A DNA stretch of 64,000 nt from Hydrolagus affinis (lineage: Eukaryota), in assembly GCA_012026655.1 (NCBI GenBank), contig JAAILG010000197.1, positions 1 to 64,000 on the forward strand, read 5' to 3'. A program made the translations under genes and the position numbers. The notes under the pieces were generated by a model. The model worked only from the letters and a program-made list of their open reading frames with translations, had not been told where the DNA came from and searched no databases. Each line of letters begins with the position of its first letter. Position 1 is the first letter of the stretch. Shown here piece by piece: positions 50,393 through 63,235 of this stretch.

Positions 50393-52104
50393 TATATGAC
50401 ATTAGTGAGTAATGTTTCAGCGATTCTGTCCCTATACTCCATCTCTAGGACTCCATCTGGAGCAGCTAGCACACACCACTCATCCTTTCCACTTTCAAAG
50501 CTACTTCAAGTCTAACCCATGCAAAATAATCACGCTCATGGTTGCCATTCTCCTCCCTGCCCTCTTTAGTTTCCACTCACTGGCTTCAGTTCTCACCTAG
50601 CATTGTAATGAACTTTGAGACTTCTGCCTGATGTGAAAGTTGCTATGCAAATGTAAATTGTATTGTATGTTGATAGGAGTAAAGTCATGGTTAGATCTGC
50701 GATGCATCACTCAGTTACATTTCTGCTGGAAACCTTGAAACTGGGACTTTGTTGGTGCTTTGCTGTGTAACCATTAGTAAAGTATGGAGTAGAAAGTACA
50801 ATATAATTCAGTAAAATGTGGAATGTGTCAAGACATATACGGCCAAAGTTTGTCATTTAAAAGTATTTTCCTTTATAATAATATTTTTTACATTTAATAT
50901 ATCCCTTCTTACATACTGCAAATATTATGTCTGCTGATGATGTTCCTTTTAATAAAAATATATGTGGCTTCCGATTAATTACATTTCAATCCCATAATTG
51001 GCAGAGATTTCCTTTTATCTGATTAACCACAGCTAGCAGTCACTTAACTGATATCTTCTTATCAAATGGAGATTGAGTGAAGCAAAGAATTTGAAAGCTC
51101 TGATCCCATCCAACCAAATGTACATAACACACTAAGCTGCATCGGTCAACTTTAACCCTAAGCTGTTGGTAAATGCATTTGCTGGGCTGACCACACAGTG
51201 GTTATTATCAGAGTGGTGGTTGGTCGAGAATAATAACCAGTGCCAGAAAATAGAAAGCCACTGAGTATAGCTGAGGTGAAAGGGAACAGAATGAATTTTA
51301 TGTTGTGCACTGGAGCAAAGCTAAGAATAATTACAATAGTTCAGGTAACCATCCAGAAATACTCTCAATGGGAGATTCTTTAAGAGATCATTGCTCCAAG
51401 AATGCTTACTAAAGTGACAATAAAGAATAATGCTTCCTCTTAAGGAGTGCATCCGATAAGTACATTATCCTGAGAATAAACAATGCAGAGAATATTTAAA
51501 AACCCACATTACAGAACCCCCATTGCCATCCCTGTTGTTTTCACCTTCATGTTAAATGATGCAAGTGAGCAAAGTGCTCAGGGTTTCTGAGCTAATGGAA
51601 AATGCTGGGCTTTCTTGAAGTCAAATGTTTTATTTCCAAGAGTTTTCTGCACTATCTTTGACAGATCAAGAGAGTGCTCTTTTGCAAGAGCCAAGGGTAC
51701 GTAATATTTGCAGGGTTAAGTTCACCTTTTCTCTACATTGTAATCATTTAAATTTTATGATTATTTTCCCCCCAAAAGCTTCAGGGAAGAAAAAATTATT
51801 ACTTTGACAGAACAGATTCCCAGACTGCCAGCACACATTTTCTTTCCTTCAATCTGTTCCCTGGGCAAAATGTATGAGGTAATACAACCTGACAACAACT
51901 TTTACAGGGAACCCACTTTGCTACTGTAATCCTTCTAGCTTCAGGCTTTACAAGTTACTTGCAGCAACATCAGTTCTTCCTGAGGTAACATTCCTCGTCA
52001 TCAACATCAGTCGCTATAAATAAGTAATTTGATGTACTTAATACATATATTAAAAGCAACCAAAATATTTTCCCTTTATATCTAGACACTTTAATACATT
52101 CGTT

Positions 52105-52352
52105 GAAGAGTTGCTAATTCCCCAAACCACTACCCACTGAATCCGCTCGAATGGCGTTGGCCTCCTGTTTTTCCCTCATACTCTCTGTTCCACTATCGGT
52201 GGTTGCGGTTTCAATCACTATACCCCAAAACTCTGCAACACACTGCCTATACTATCTCTCCAACTGCTACTTACAGATCATGCCTGAAGACCTTCCTCTT
52301 CGCACCTTGGGATGTTAATCTACATGAGACTAGATCAATGCAAGTTGTTGTT
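52105..52352 (+). mobile_element. Old L2 3' end
   Basis: cccactatcggtggttgcggtttcaatcacta...cctgaagaccttcctcttc...ccttgggatg...caagttgttgtt. Confidence 0.6.
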
Positions 52353-53077
52353 ACTATCTATACTATTTGAACTGGTGTATTTCATTGGGCATATTTTACA
52401 GTGATTATTTAACTACTATATAGCCATATTTCATATAACCGTTTCATAATATTTTAAACATCTAGTTTCCATTTAATTCTGACACATGGACCAAAAGTTT
52501 ACAACAACATGTGCTCTTAGAGTTTAAAAAAAATCCATTTACACACACTCTGTACATGTACAGACTTATTTTCTGATGAGAAATTCAATCCTCTAAAAAT
52601 GTTCTGTTTTTTGGTGGGTATTCAAACTAAAGAAAATTCATGAAAATCACATCATGACCAAATAGTAATTTTACCACATAAAACTGAGTGAGTCAGAATA
52701 AAGCAAAACATAGTCCATGTTAGTGTATGATTACTATAAGTTATATAAATACTGTGTGCTGTAACAGATCAATGAGACACAGATAAAATGTGCAGGATTT
52801 AAACGGATCATTAAAGACAGAATGCAGTAATGTCACATGGGAGAATAATGTTGAAATTCTGAATTTTTAAAGCTAAAATATCAGACAAATAAAGCTCTAT
52901 TAACTCAACAAGCAGATGTCAAATTTGGAGATACTTATGAGGGTTTTCTGATTTTATCAGCTTTGCTATTTTTAGTTTAAGAATTTGAGATACTCACTGT
53001 AAATACATTATATGATCTAATATGCAGTATTTTACAATTTAAAAAAGTCATAGTTTTGACAGGTATCAGCCTGATTA

Positions 53078-53292
53078 GCCTGGTTTACGTTAGTTGTTAA
53101 CACTCATCTCTAAGTCAGAAGGTTGTGAGTTCAAGCCCCATGTCAGGTCTTTGAACTTACAGTCTAAGGTTACACTCCAATGAAGTGATGGGACAGCAAT
53201 GTATTGCCAGGAATGCCGCCCTTTGGATGTGACATTAAGGCATGGTCCCATCTGCCTCTTCAGGTGAATCTTAGCGATCACATGGTACTATC
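53078..53292 (+). mobile_element. Old DeuSINE-like 5' half
   Basis: cactcatctctaagtcagaaggttgtgagttcaagcccca...ctttggatgtgacattaag...ttcaggtgaatcttagcgatcacatggtactat. Confidence 0.75.
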
Positions 53293-54464
53293 TGTAACCA
53301 TTACTATTTCAATCTGGTTTGTATATACTTGATGCAACGATAATCATAGCTATATCAGAATCAGAAGTCATGGGAAAGGTTAAATCATACAAATTCTTTA
53401 CCTGCAAAATATAGTCATTACACTTGACAGTAAAATGCTGAGAACAGTGTTAAAAATATACCATTATTATTATCATCATTGACTACAATGTCCATTTGAT
53501 GGTCGTAGAGTAAAACATTCGGTCTTAGCTTTTGAGCAAGTCCAGCTGCTCACCTGGCTTTCTGCATCCATGCAGCCTGCAGTTTTGACAAAGCAGAAAG
53601 CCAAACACAGATTTCAAGGCTGAAAAATGTTCCCACAAAGTAAAGCACTCAGAAAATGCTTTGTGGTACAAATGAAATACATTCAGTACAACTGTCTAAT
53701 CACGGGCCTAGAAAAAGCTTTTGCTGAAGAGTAATTGCTTGTTGAAGCACACTTCCCTATTAATCATCATTAGACCTTCTGCTTAATGCATGGACTGTTG
53801 TATAATGCATCATTTAATGAAAATCTGCTTCTTTGCTGGCAGACTGAGGAACATAGCACATTAAAAGCTATGCTGTATAATTAGAGGGCTCAGCCTTCAT
53901 ATTCATGTGTAGCTGTCTCTCTCCCCGAGGGAGAGAGACAGACAGATGATGTTAAACATTATGTATGTGCGTAAAAAAAAATGCTAGGCCTTACCAACCA
54001 ACAATAGTCTCACTCAGAACATATGGTTTAGAATCAAGTGTAGATGAAGCTTTATATGGGCATAATTGCCATACCGACAAATATTATGCTTGGATCTGTA
54101 TTATGGTAAAGTAGTATATAATTTCCGTTTACGTTGGGACTGGAAGACAGATTGCAAAGGCCATTTCTATTCCTGTCTGTTCCTATATTATATCAATCCA
54201 TACATTTAATTAAGCACTTTATCACTTTGTCAAAACATCTCAAAGTACTTCAAATTGGCTGCAGTGTTTGCCTGTAGTTGTGCATATTTACACTTTTAAC
54301 AAATCTAACTATAAGGCATTTCCTAGCTCTTTATCTTTCCATAGCTCAACAAATTTTAGACATTGTGCTGTATTACAATTAGGAAACTGCCATTTTATTT
54401 AGGACACTAAACAAATGCGGAGATGGATATATTTGAGTCTAAGCGCATACAGTACTAGGTTAAT

Positions 54465-54770
54465 CAGTCTTGCATTTGATAATAGCACCTTAGCTTGTCA
54501 TTGAGATGTATCAAAGCATTTTGCATAATTTAAAGCGATGTGACTTTATGTATTTTGTGTGTGAACATAGCACTGAATTTGGGCACAACAGTGCCCCAGA
54601 AACAGCCAGGAGTGAATGAGCATTTGTTTATTTGGGAATGTTGGCTGAGAGAAATTCCTTTCTCTGTTCAAATAGTACTATGGGATATTTAACACCTACC
54701 TGGACAGACAGATGGAATGCCGGTTTAATATTTTATGCAAAGCACAGTGCCTCAAACAATGCAACTCACT
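54465..54770 (-). mobile_element. Old DeuSINE-like copy
   Basis: cttgcatttgataatagcacc...ttcaaatagtactatgggatatttaacacctacctg...cggtttaatatttt. Confidence 0.65.
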
Positions 54771-57164
54771 ATTTTGTTTCAAGATGATTTAATCCTTACT
54801 TAAACATCTGTATTCAGAATTCAAAATTCCTCTCAAATTGAAACTACATGTAAAATGCATAAGTATGTTTCACAGCATTGTACACAGTCATTAAGATTTT
54901 ACAGGCCATATTATTCCGCCAAAGTCCCTGCACTATTTTGATTTGGCAGTTTCCATATGCTTTCACTCTAATTTAATACAAATTTATTTGAGAGAAGATT
55001 GATATCAACAACTGAATTCCATTTGTTTAGCACATTAAAAAGTGCAAGCGAATTTGTGAATTATTTTGAACATTTTATTTCCACAAAATCAGAATAATAT
55101 TGCTGACATTTTGCAGGCATAAAAATATTTCTCAGTCATGTGGGTATACAGATTTTAGCTGCATGATTACCACTTACCCTCTCAGACAACTAGGGCAGAT
55201 AATTCATCTTCTAATCTGTCTCAAGTATAATATCCTAAGCTGTGTTTGCACATCCCGCCAATGACTATAGTACCAAGAACGTGTCAATCTTTTTAACTCT
55301 TTCATTTGACAAATGGCGTCTTACACACAGCTCTGATGTTTCTGCAAGCAAAAAATGACATGCAGAATTTAAAATGATCATTATAGTAATATTATTTACA
55401 ATAAATACAACTTCTTTTGTGGCTTTTCGTAAACCACAAATATCACCATTACATACTAAAGCATTTTGAACTGAATGCCTGAATGCCTGAATTGCTAGGA
55501 TATTGGTGCTGACACTTTTTGGCTCAATACACTCGTGAAATGGAAGTGAAGTTGTTGCATTTAGGTGCTTAATTTCCTTCTCAGATTTGGTATCCACTCA
55601 GACACTCAACTCTTTCCGTTCCCAGTCACTTACGACTACTCGTGGTCATTCAGCTAACATTTAAAATAAACCAGAGTATCTTTCAATATTTTGATCTGGA
55701 TCAAGTTTATTAAATGCTGAGAACAATGAATTGCCTGAAGCTAACAAGCTGTTCAGCTCGCACTGTGAGCACAGACATGAAATGAAATGACCAAACAAGA
55801 CTTTAAATTAGAGCTGTTTCACCATCTCTTCAAGTCTTGCAGAAGTGCAAAAGATTGTCTGCTAAAGCAGTCAGGGTTGCGGTATTATTCACTCTTGAAA
55901 GAGTCAAGTGTGGGTTCAATTTGAGGCTGGACTGGGCAATGGAGCACAGTTCACTGCCGACCAACTTATTGTGCACTTCATGGGGGTATCATGGTAGGTT
56001 CTGTTCCTGCTCTATCAGTATAGAGATGGATCACTGATGGGTCATTCTGTGTACTCTGGAGGTACTTCTTCCTGATGTGCCATAGCTATTCCTCAGTTCT
56101 TTGAAGTACTGTATCTCTATAGAGATAACTAAAGATGAATTTGGTGCTTATAATAATAAAATCCTTGCAATGTGCACATGCAGCAACTTAGGATGTCCTC
56201 CGGGCGTGAAAGACACTATGCAAATGTTATTTTGTATTGCATTTTTATATAGTACCTTATCGCATTCGCGAGACATTTCAAAGCTCTTCACAATATATAT
56301 TGCAAAGAGACATGTGTATTTTGTGGGTGAATGCAAAATGGAGGAAGGTATACAGTATGTAAGATCAACTATGTAGTGAGGCCTCATGCATGTATCCTTT
56401 TGAAGAGGGGACAACCAGAGCAGCACCATTACTTAGGAGAAGTGACTTCATAAAAGGGTGGATTTTCTATTATAAGCAAAAGGAATGGTTTGATGGAGCA
56501 AATCTCATTCCTTGCATTCTTTTGTTATCCTGAATACATATAATGTTAACACACATTTAACAAAATGTATTTTACTCAATTAGAGAGGTCTCTGTAATTT
56601 GTTTTAACATATCACAATGTTTATAGCAAAAAGCAATATACATGTCTTAAATTTCATTTTGTGATTTCAGATGCAAGGTCAGTTAACTCACTTTTCCCCA
56701 AAAAAATTCCATCAAGATAATAATTTTTTAAATAAATTAGGTAGATTTACACCAATGGCCAAAATATCTATGTAGAGATACAATATACATCAATGGCAAG
56801 AAAATAAGTTATTACAAAATAAGTTTGATTCACAGGATTAAAACATTTGATATGTTTTAATTCATTTGAAATTCAAGTGCTTTCACTTTGAACACACAAG
56901 GAATACATTTTAGATCAGCCTTTGCCGGGTTGAAATGACCATATCCTCCCTATATATGGGTTATAATCTCTCTTCAAATGATCGTCCAAAATCCTTACAT
57001 GGTAGATTCTGACACTCAAATACTTTAGAATCCTTTTAAATGGCTTTCCTATAGAAATAAATTTTTTCACTGGAAAATAACTGTGAGCTAGATGTCTTAA
57101 TTTGACGGAATATTAAAAGATTTGATCATTTTAAAAGTGCTTCAAAAAAAGTCAGTTGTCTGCT

Positions 57165-57510
57165 TGGTTCCTTGATAGCGTTTGCTTATATCAGTTCAAA
57201 CTCAAGCTTACAGTACATGAAGACTCCAGTAATTGAGGAGTGTTGTCAGAGGTGCTGCCCTTCAAGTGAGTCATTAAACTTTGAATCCCAGCTGTTGGTT
57301 CAAGTGGACATTGAAAATTCTATCACATTATTTGGAAAAAGGAGTTAGTTTCTTAATCTTCCAAATAAATTGATCAATCACTTCATGGTTGTTTCTATGA
57401 GACCTGGGCTTAGTGCAAATTGTTTGCTGCATTTCTCTCTCTCCCTCTCTCTATATATATACACACACAGTCACTTCTCTTGACAGCAATTAACTGTGAT
57501 GCATTTTAGG
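57165..57510 (+). mobile_element. Old DeuSINE-like copy
   Basis: ttgtcagaggtgctgcccttcaagtgagtcattaaac...tcaagtggacattgaaaattctatcacattatttg...gtgcaaattgtttgctgcatttc. Confidence 0.65.
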
Positions 57511-58003
57511 GTGTAAAATACAGGGTGTATTTATAATTATTAAACCGTTTCAAATGATCAATTCGATTTGGCAGTGTCCTTGTTTTTTTCATATCCTGCA
57601 CTTTATCTAATGGGTAACTTTGTTATTTATAGTGCTTTAGTGGATCTCTAAGCATGATAAGATATATCAGATTAAATTACACAACAGAAAATATTTTTTA
57701 AATGTTTAAAATGTTTCGGTAATATTCCAACATAGAATGGCATAAAAGCTTCTGTAAAGCTCCTGTCCACAAATCGTTATTTTTCTCAATCTCAATGTAT
57801 CCCCTAATGAGCAAGATTTCTACTTGATATAGACAGCCACACAGTTCTCTCCTGCTTTTGGAAGACAATTTGAAATGTAAGCAAGTTGAAACATGGGTTT
57901 AATTATCCTTGTAGTACATCTACCATCACATCTGTGAATTGATCTTGTTTTGTAATAGCAACATAAAAACAAGCCTCATATTTCATCCTGCATCTGTTTT
58001 CAG

Positions 58004-58094
58004 GTGAATCTCTGGCTTCTGCAGCTGATGTACAGAGCAAGACTTGGGTAGGAGCCATGAAGAAGATTACAGTTCCCCTAGCATACTCTTCCAG
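58004..58094 (+). CDS. Candidate 91-nt internal exon, unknown product
   Basis: Acceptor tttcatcctgcatctgttttcag and donor CAG|gtgagg; single open frame ESLASAADVQSKTWVGAMKKITVPLAYSS, ending in phase 2. Confidence 0.25.
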
Positions 58095-58511
58095 GTGAGG
58101 AAGCACGGAAACAAATTAAAATGAGACAACCTCAGAAACTGAAGCAGAAATATCTGGTTCAAACGGTATAAGAAAGATGACGTGTCCATCAGCAAAAAAA
58201 GTTAATGTTTTGCAGTGAGCAAGATTACCATTGCTACATCATCAATAGAGTAAAAATAACATGTCTAATGGTGGTTTAAACCCAGCTGCTTTACAATAAT
58301 AGGAAGAGCCAACAAAAGCAGTTAATCCCTTGTTGATCAACTATTTTTTAAAAGTAACATAAGGATATTAAAAGATATCAGAATAAATGCTGACTGAGAT
58401 GAATGAATGCTATATGTGATACGATGGTTTCTTTGAGGTTGGGGAAAGTTAAATATTGTTGGGAATCGACCCGAGCTGCTTCCCCCAAATGCCCCCGCCC
58501 CTGTCCCCAAC

Positions 58512-58660
58512 CCTCCACTACCCATCGGCTACTCCTAATCCCCCACCTTCCCTCCTCCCCACTCCATCCCCAGCTCAGGTCTGAAACAATGACTGTGCAG
58601 TGCCTTGGGATGTCGTCCTGACATGAAAGGCACTATATAAGTGTAATTTTGTTGTTGGTG
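58512..58660 (+). mobile_element. L2 3' UTR and tail
   Basis: cccatcggctactcctaatcccc...ctcaggtctgaaac...gccttgggatgtcgtcctgacatgaaaggcactata. Confidence 0.85.
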
Positions 58661-58819
58661 GCAAAGTAAAGGTTGCCATCGTTGAATAGTAAAGTTGAGA
58701 GATTCATAAAGATTATGGCCTTTTAACTTTTCTACCCTTGGGGACCGGGGGAGTCTCTATATAGTGTTTGCTCCATGGAGATAGGAAGGGTTGTGTAGGT
58801 CACTGCAGGGTAGGTTTCA

Positions 58820-58995
58820 CAAGATTGGTTTGGATGAAGAGGGCCCTTTGGCCCCTCTAATTTCAAACATCCAGAACACCCATCTCCCATCACAACATCA
58901 AGCTTCTTTTTAAACGAGTCCAGGGTCCTGGCCACAATCATCCCTGCCTGATAACCTGTTCCAGTAATCAATTGCCTGTTTTTGGAAGGAGCCAA
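58820..58995 (-). mobile_element. CR1-type LINE 3' end
   Basis: RTLDSFKKKLDVVMG in ORF 58732-59010(-); tgaagagggccctttggcccctc terminus. Confidence 0.75.
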
Positions 58996-61087
58996 ATAGC
59001 ATTTATTCACATTGCTTATTCCTTTGTTCTTTTATACAGTGAAGTAAATAATAGATAAGTTAGGTAAGTTAGGTAAGTTCGGTAAATGCATTCACTAGAT
59101 GCTTGGAGGAATGAAAATACAAGTGTTAATTTGACACGAGTTAAAATGAATCTGGGGGCCAAATGAATCAACATAAATCAGGATGTGAAATGAAACATTG
59201 CAAGTTTATTTGCCCAATAGTACTCCATCCTAACAGCTTGTAAGTCATTTCAGGATTTAGAACCAGGGCTCAATCAGTGGCAACAAAATTGCAAACAAAT
59301 AGAGAAAGATCAATAACAAGTGTCGACTGGAATGATGAACTAGTCTTTTGCTGAAAAATCCATTTTATTTCTCCTAGTCCCTACACAAGCTGAATGACAA
59401 TATCAATCCTAAGAAGGTGCCCAATGGCCTATCTATTATATCTAGATTTTAAGTATTTGAGGTAAATTGAATGTCACCTTGAAAAATACTGTTTGGTGGG
59501 AAAGAAAAACAACAGTCAGAAAACCAATACCTTTAAAAAGCAGAGCACAGTATAAACACATTATAGCCATAGACATATTTTAAAATGACTGTAAGGCAGT
59601 GGTGATTAGTTAATATTAAAAGGTACAGTCTGAGCTATAGTCTGATGGCATATATTTAATACTGCAGGAAAACAAACCTTTCATGTTCTATGGCACAGAA
59701 ATTGTATTCACCTAGGTTGTAGTAATTTCTTATGAACTCTATCTTTAATAATAATAATTAATAACCTTGTATTTTATATAATACTTTCTGATAAAACATG
59801 TCAAAATGCCCCTGTATTTCTATGAAGTGTAGTGATTATACATATGTACTGTAGTTAAACGCAGCAACTAATTTGCACACAGCTATGTCTCAAAAACAGC
59901 CCAAAGCCACATTTGTACTACAGTGTTGGAGTATCTGGGAAGTGAAACTCTATAAAACATCATTGTAAAGAAATACTTAAGAAGAGGCAGAAACTAAGTG
60001 ATCGAGGAATCCAATCCAACATGTAACAAAATGCCTTCCTTCCAAATTGTATATGTTCTGCCAGCCCACAAGCCCAGAGCACATATTGTAATATTCTTAA
60101 AACAGCAGCAATCAATAAAGCTCTGTGGTGAGGTGACATGCAAGATCCAAAAATGACAGGCCCACTGCTGGGAAACAACAAATTAATTTTGTTTTGCCCT
60201 AATTCAAACATTTACATTGGTTTCGATTCACGATGGAGGAAAAGATAAATTAGCAGATGTGTAACGATATCAGTGTGCCCCACATAAAGAATGCAGTAAT
60301 GATGATTGCTGTGGTAATGATATGTTATCAGTGTGTAACACGAGTAGGATTTTATACATTCTCAACAACAAAGGCTGGATTAATGTCACTTCACCCCCAT
60401 AAGGAGCTTCAGAATCAATTTCAATGCTAATCAGTAGTTGAAAGCATAGATTAGCAAAGCAATGAATGTAATTAACCTTTTGAGAACTGAATTTTCTTTG
60501 CACCATGTATGAAATAAATGTGTTTTAGCTTTTTTTATTTCAAAGACCAGAATGGTATTCCTTCAAACAATTCAGAGTGTGCATTGTTTGATTCTGAGAG
60601 TGCATTAGATGCAAATGGCTGAATCCCCTGTAATCACGATAGTGGAGCGAGTTATACGTTTTGTCTTATTCCCCTGTCTCTTTTGCTGACAATAGTCTGC
60701 ATCATTACTTTATACACAACATTTAAAAAAAAATGAAATGCACAAGTTCTTTAAAAATAATAATGATTGGTTATTACGAAGGTGTTTGCTGTCCAATGTT
60801 AGCTTTAGACTAACGTGTGTGCTTGAGACCGTGGCAGATGTGCCCTTGTTGGCTGCAAGCCAATTTAGTGCCACGTATGTATTTGCAGTGTGCTCTCTCC
60901 CCCACTTCTCTCCCACCCGCGCACACCCAGTGGACAGTTAGAGATGTTGGAAAATGTACTGACATCGTCATATTTTAAATATTGTAGTTAATTGAGGATA
61001 AATCGTTGTGGAATGATTATTGTCTTATTTGTTAAGAAACAAAACAGAATGTTTTCAATTAAATTGAATAGACAATTGTACATACTA

Positions 61088-61313
61088 CAGTAAAAGCCCG
61101 TTTATCCAGCACCCTCAGGACCTGGCCAATGCCGGTTTAAAGTGCCTGCCGGATATTCAGCCGAAAACGCCCCCCAATTAATTTTTTTTAAATAACAATT
61201 TTCAATGCATTTTTCCGGATAAATTCTGGTTAATCAAATGTGGACCTTTTTTTGCAATGCCAGTTATACGGAAATTAAGGTTGATCGGGTGCCGGATAAA
61301 CGGGCTTTTACCA
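61088..61313. mobile_element. Tc1/mariner (pogo/Tigger-like) MITE, 226 bp
   Basis: TA on both flanks (61086-61087, 61314-61315); 27-bp TIRs cagtaaaagcccgtttatccagcaccc / gggtgccggataaacgggcttttacca (24/27 match). Confidence 0.85.
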
Positions 61314-61488
61314 TATGTTAACAGAGGGTGTTAATGCGATTTGATCTTGGTCAATATGATTCTGCTTGGGAGATGCTGGCCTAGCCTGAATATAAAGCAA
61401 CAGTCAAAATATGATTCAGACAACTTCTTGATGTTACTCCTTCACCCAATTAAAGCATACTGAAAGTAATGAACCGATATACCTTTTC

Positions 61489-62501
61489 ATAATAATCCTT
61501 GCATTTATTATTATTTGATATAATAAGGATTATTATTATTTGACATGATGCTTTCCACATCTTCTGGAGGTCTCAAAGAGCTTCACAGAATAAACTACAA
61601 AGTGAATTGACTATATTTGTGGGTGGAATGCGGCAGCCAATTGTGCACAGCAGTGTGACACGTTCAGCTGTGGGTTGAAATGACCAATTTATTGCTTTTT
61701 TTGAGAGATTATTATCAGGTGTGTGGAGCAAGGAAACAGATTATTAGCAGGCGTGTGTGTGGAGCACTGAACTAAAAAAAGACCTGGAAGGATTATCGCC
61801 CACACAAAGTGTCGCCACCGATTGTCCAAGGTGATATCCGCCATTTTGGTTGGTCCTCGATGCGACGCATCTCATCTCATCTCATCTCATGAAGATATAT
61901 GTATCTAGGTTTACATTCACTGTTTTTGTGTAACGATCCTGATACATAAGGTGAATTTAGGTAAAGATCGTCATGACATTCGATTCATCCATTTGACCGT
62001 TAGTTTTTCTTTGAATTTCAGATTAATCTTCAGTATTTTTTACAGTCTGAATCATACTTGTTTTGATCAAAATTTCAGGAACGCTTTGTCACCAATGATC
62101 AATTTGACATTCAGTTATTACATGACTGAATTTAACCCCTGCAAATTCCTCCAGCCATCCTTAAATGAGTTTGCAGTGAATTATATTTTTATTACATATT
62201 TATTATTTTTTAATTGTTTATCTGTTTTTCATTTAGGGAGGAGCACACCCATTTATTTCTTGGGTATGCAAAACTTCATCTTTTATCTCCTTCATAATCC
62301 TCAACATTGTATTCGAGGACTACGCAATATGGCGGCTTGACGGTGACACCTCGGTCTGTGCATTGGGTATAGAGATAATCCTTCCAGGTCTTTTTTTAGT
62401 TCAGTGGTGTGGAGCAAGTTTTCGCTCTGACCTGACAGGAATTGAACCCAGATCCCTTGCTTGTAAAGTGAGTGCTCTAACCACTGAGCTGCAGGACTCC
62501 A
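61489..62501 (-). mobile_element. Young tRNA-derived SINE split by a DNA transposon
   Basis: Tail and body at 61489-61764; head at 62407-62501 (rc tggagtcctgcagctcagtggttagagcactcactttacaagc...gggttcaattcc). Confidence 0.9.
61765..62406. mobile_element. Non-autonomous DNA transposon, 642 bp, perfect 33-bp TIRs, 8-bp TSD
   Basis: TIR cactgaactaaaaaaagacctggaaggattatc (61765-61797) with exact reverse complement at 62374-62406; TSD gtgtggag at 61757-61764 and 62407-62414. Confidence 0.93.
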
Positions 62502-62502
62502 T

Positions 62503-62645
62503 TACAATAAAAACTGTGAAAAATAATAAAATAATAATAAAATAATGAATATATAATAATCATTATTATATTTTTATAATAATATGAACAATAATAACAA
62601 AAAATAACAATTAATAAATTAATAATAATAAAATAATTATAAAAT
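62503..62645. repeat. AT-rich (AAT)n-like low-complexity tract
   Basis: Runs of aataat/ataata. Confidence 0.85.
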
Positions 62646-62991
62646 TGGTCAACCTATTAGCACAAATGTATCAGCGCTCTAATGAGATAAAGGACATAAA
62701 AAAAACAGAATTGTCCCCTAAACATTTTTGATAGCGGCCATGTTTATTACTATACTGTATTTGAAACATTTGCAGCAGATTTGGCTATTACTGAAACAGA
62801 ATATCTTTAAAATCCAAAGGTTTATGTTCCCAAGTGATTTACATGATGACAAACCCAGTTCTGAATATGGTCTATGCATACTAAAGAACACCTGCGTATG
62901 AGGCATTCAAATTGCTTCTAAATCTACTGGAGTTTTCACATAGTCATTTACTAATGGCAATACGTACTATGAATTCAACTCCCCTTTTCAG

Positions 62992-63235
62992 ACTAACAAT
63001 CACTGCTCATTTCAAATACATGAGGAACATTTTGCTGGATAAAATCCAGACTCAATTGATTCGCTATTGTGCTTTGGACTCGATGAGTGAGGAAGAATTT
63101 CAGCAAATAGCTTCAGATAGCTGTTTTCCAAGACTGGTTCACTGCAGCTTAAAGGATGAAGAAGAAATCCTTTGCTTAACTTCCATCAATAGTATGACAA
63201 AGGAATCCTCTGCAGTTCAATTCACAGCATCGTAA
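62992..63235 (+). CDS. Candidate terminal coding exon, unknown product
   Basis: Branch-point-like tactaat (62949), acceptor caactccccttttcag; open frame LTITAHFKYMRNILLDKIQTQLIRYCALDSMSEEEFQQIASDSCFPRLVHCSLKDEEEILCLTSINSMTKESSAVQFTAS*. Phase fits exon 58004-58094. Confidence 0.25.

Noticed and set aside
55618-55637. Similarity to the M13 primer site (ttcccagtcac)
   Set aside because: Only an 11-nt match with no further vector sequence.
61951-62340. 129-aa ORF as a transposase
   Set aside because: GTG start, F/L/I/N-rich composition from T-rich DNA, and no DDE, THAP or BED motifs.
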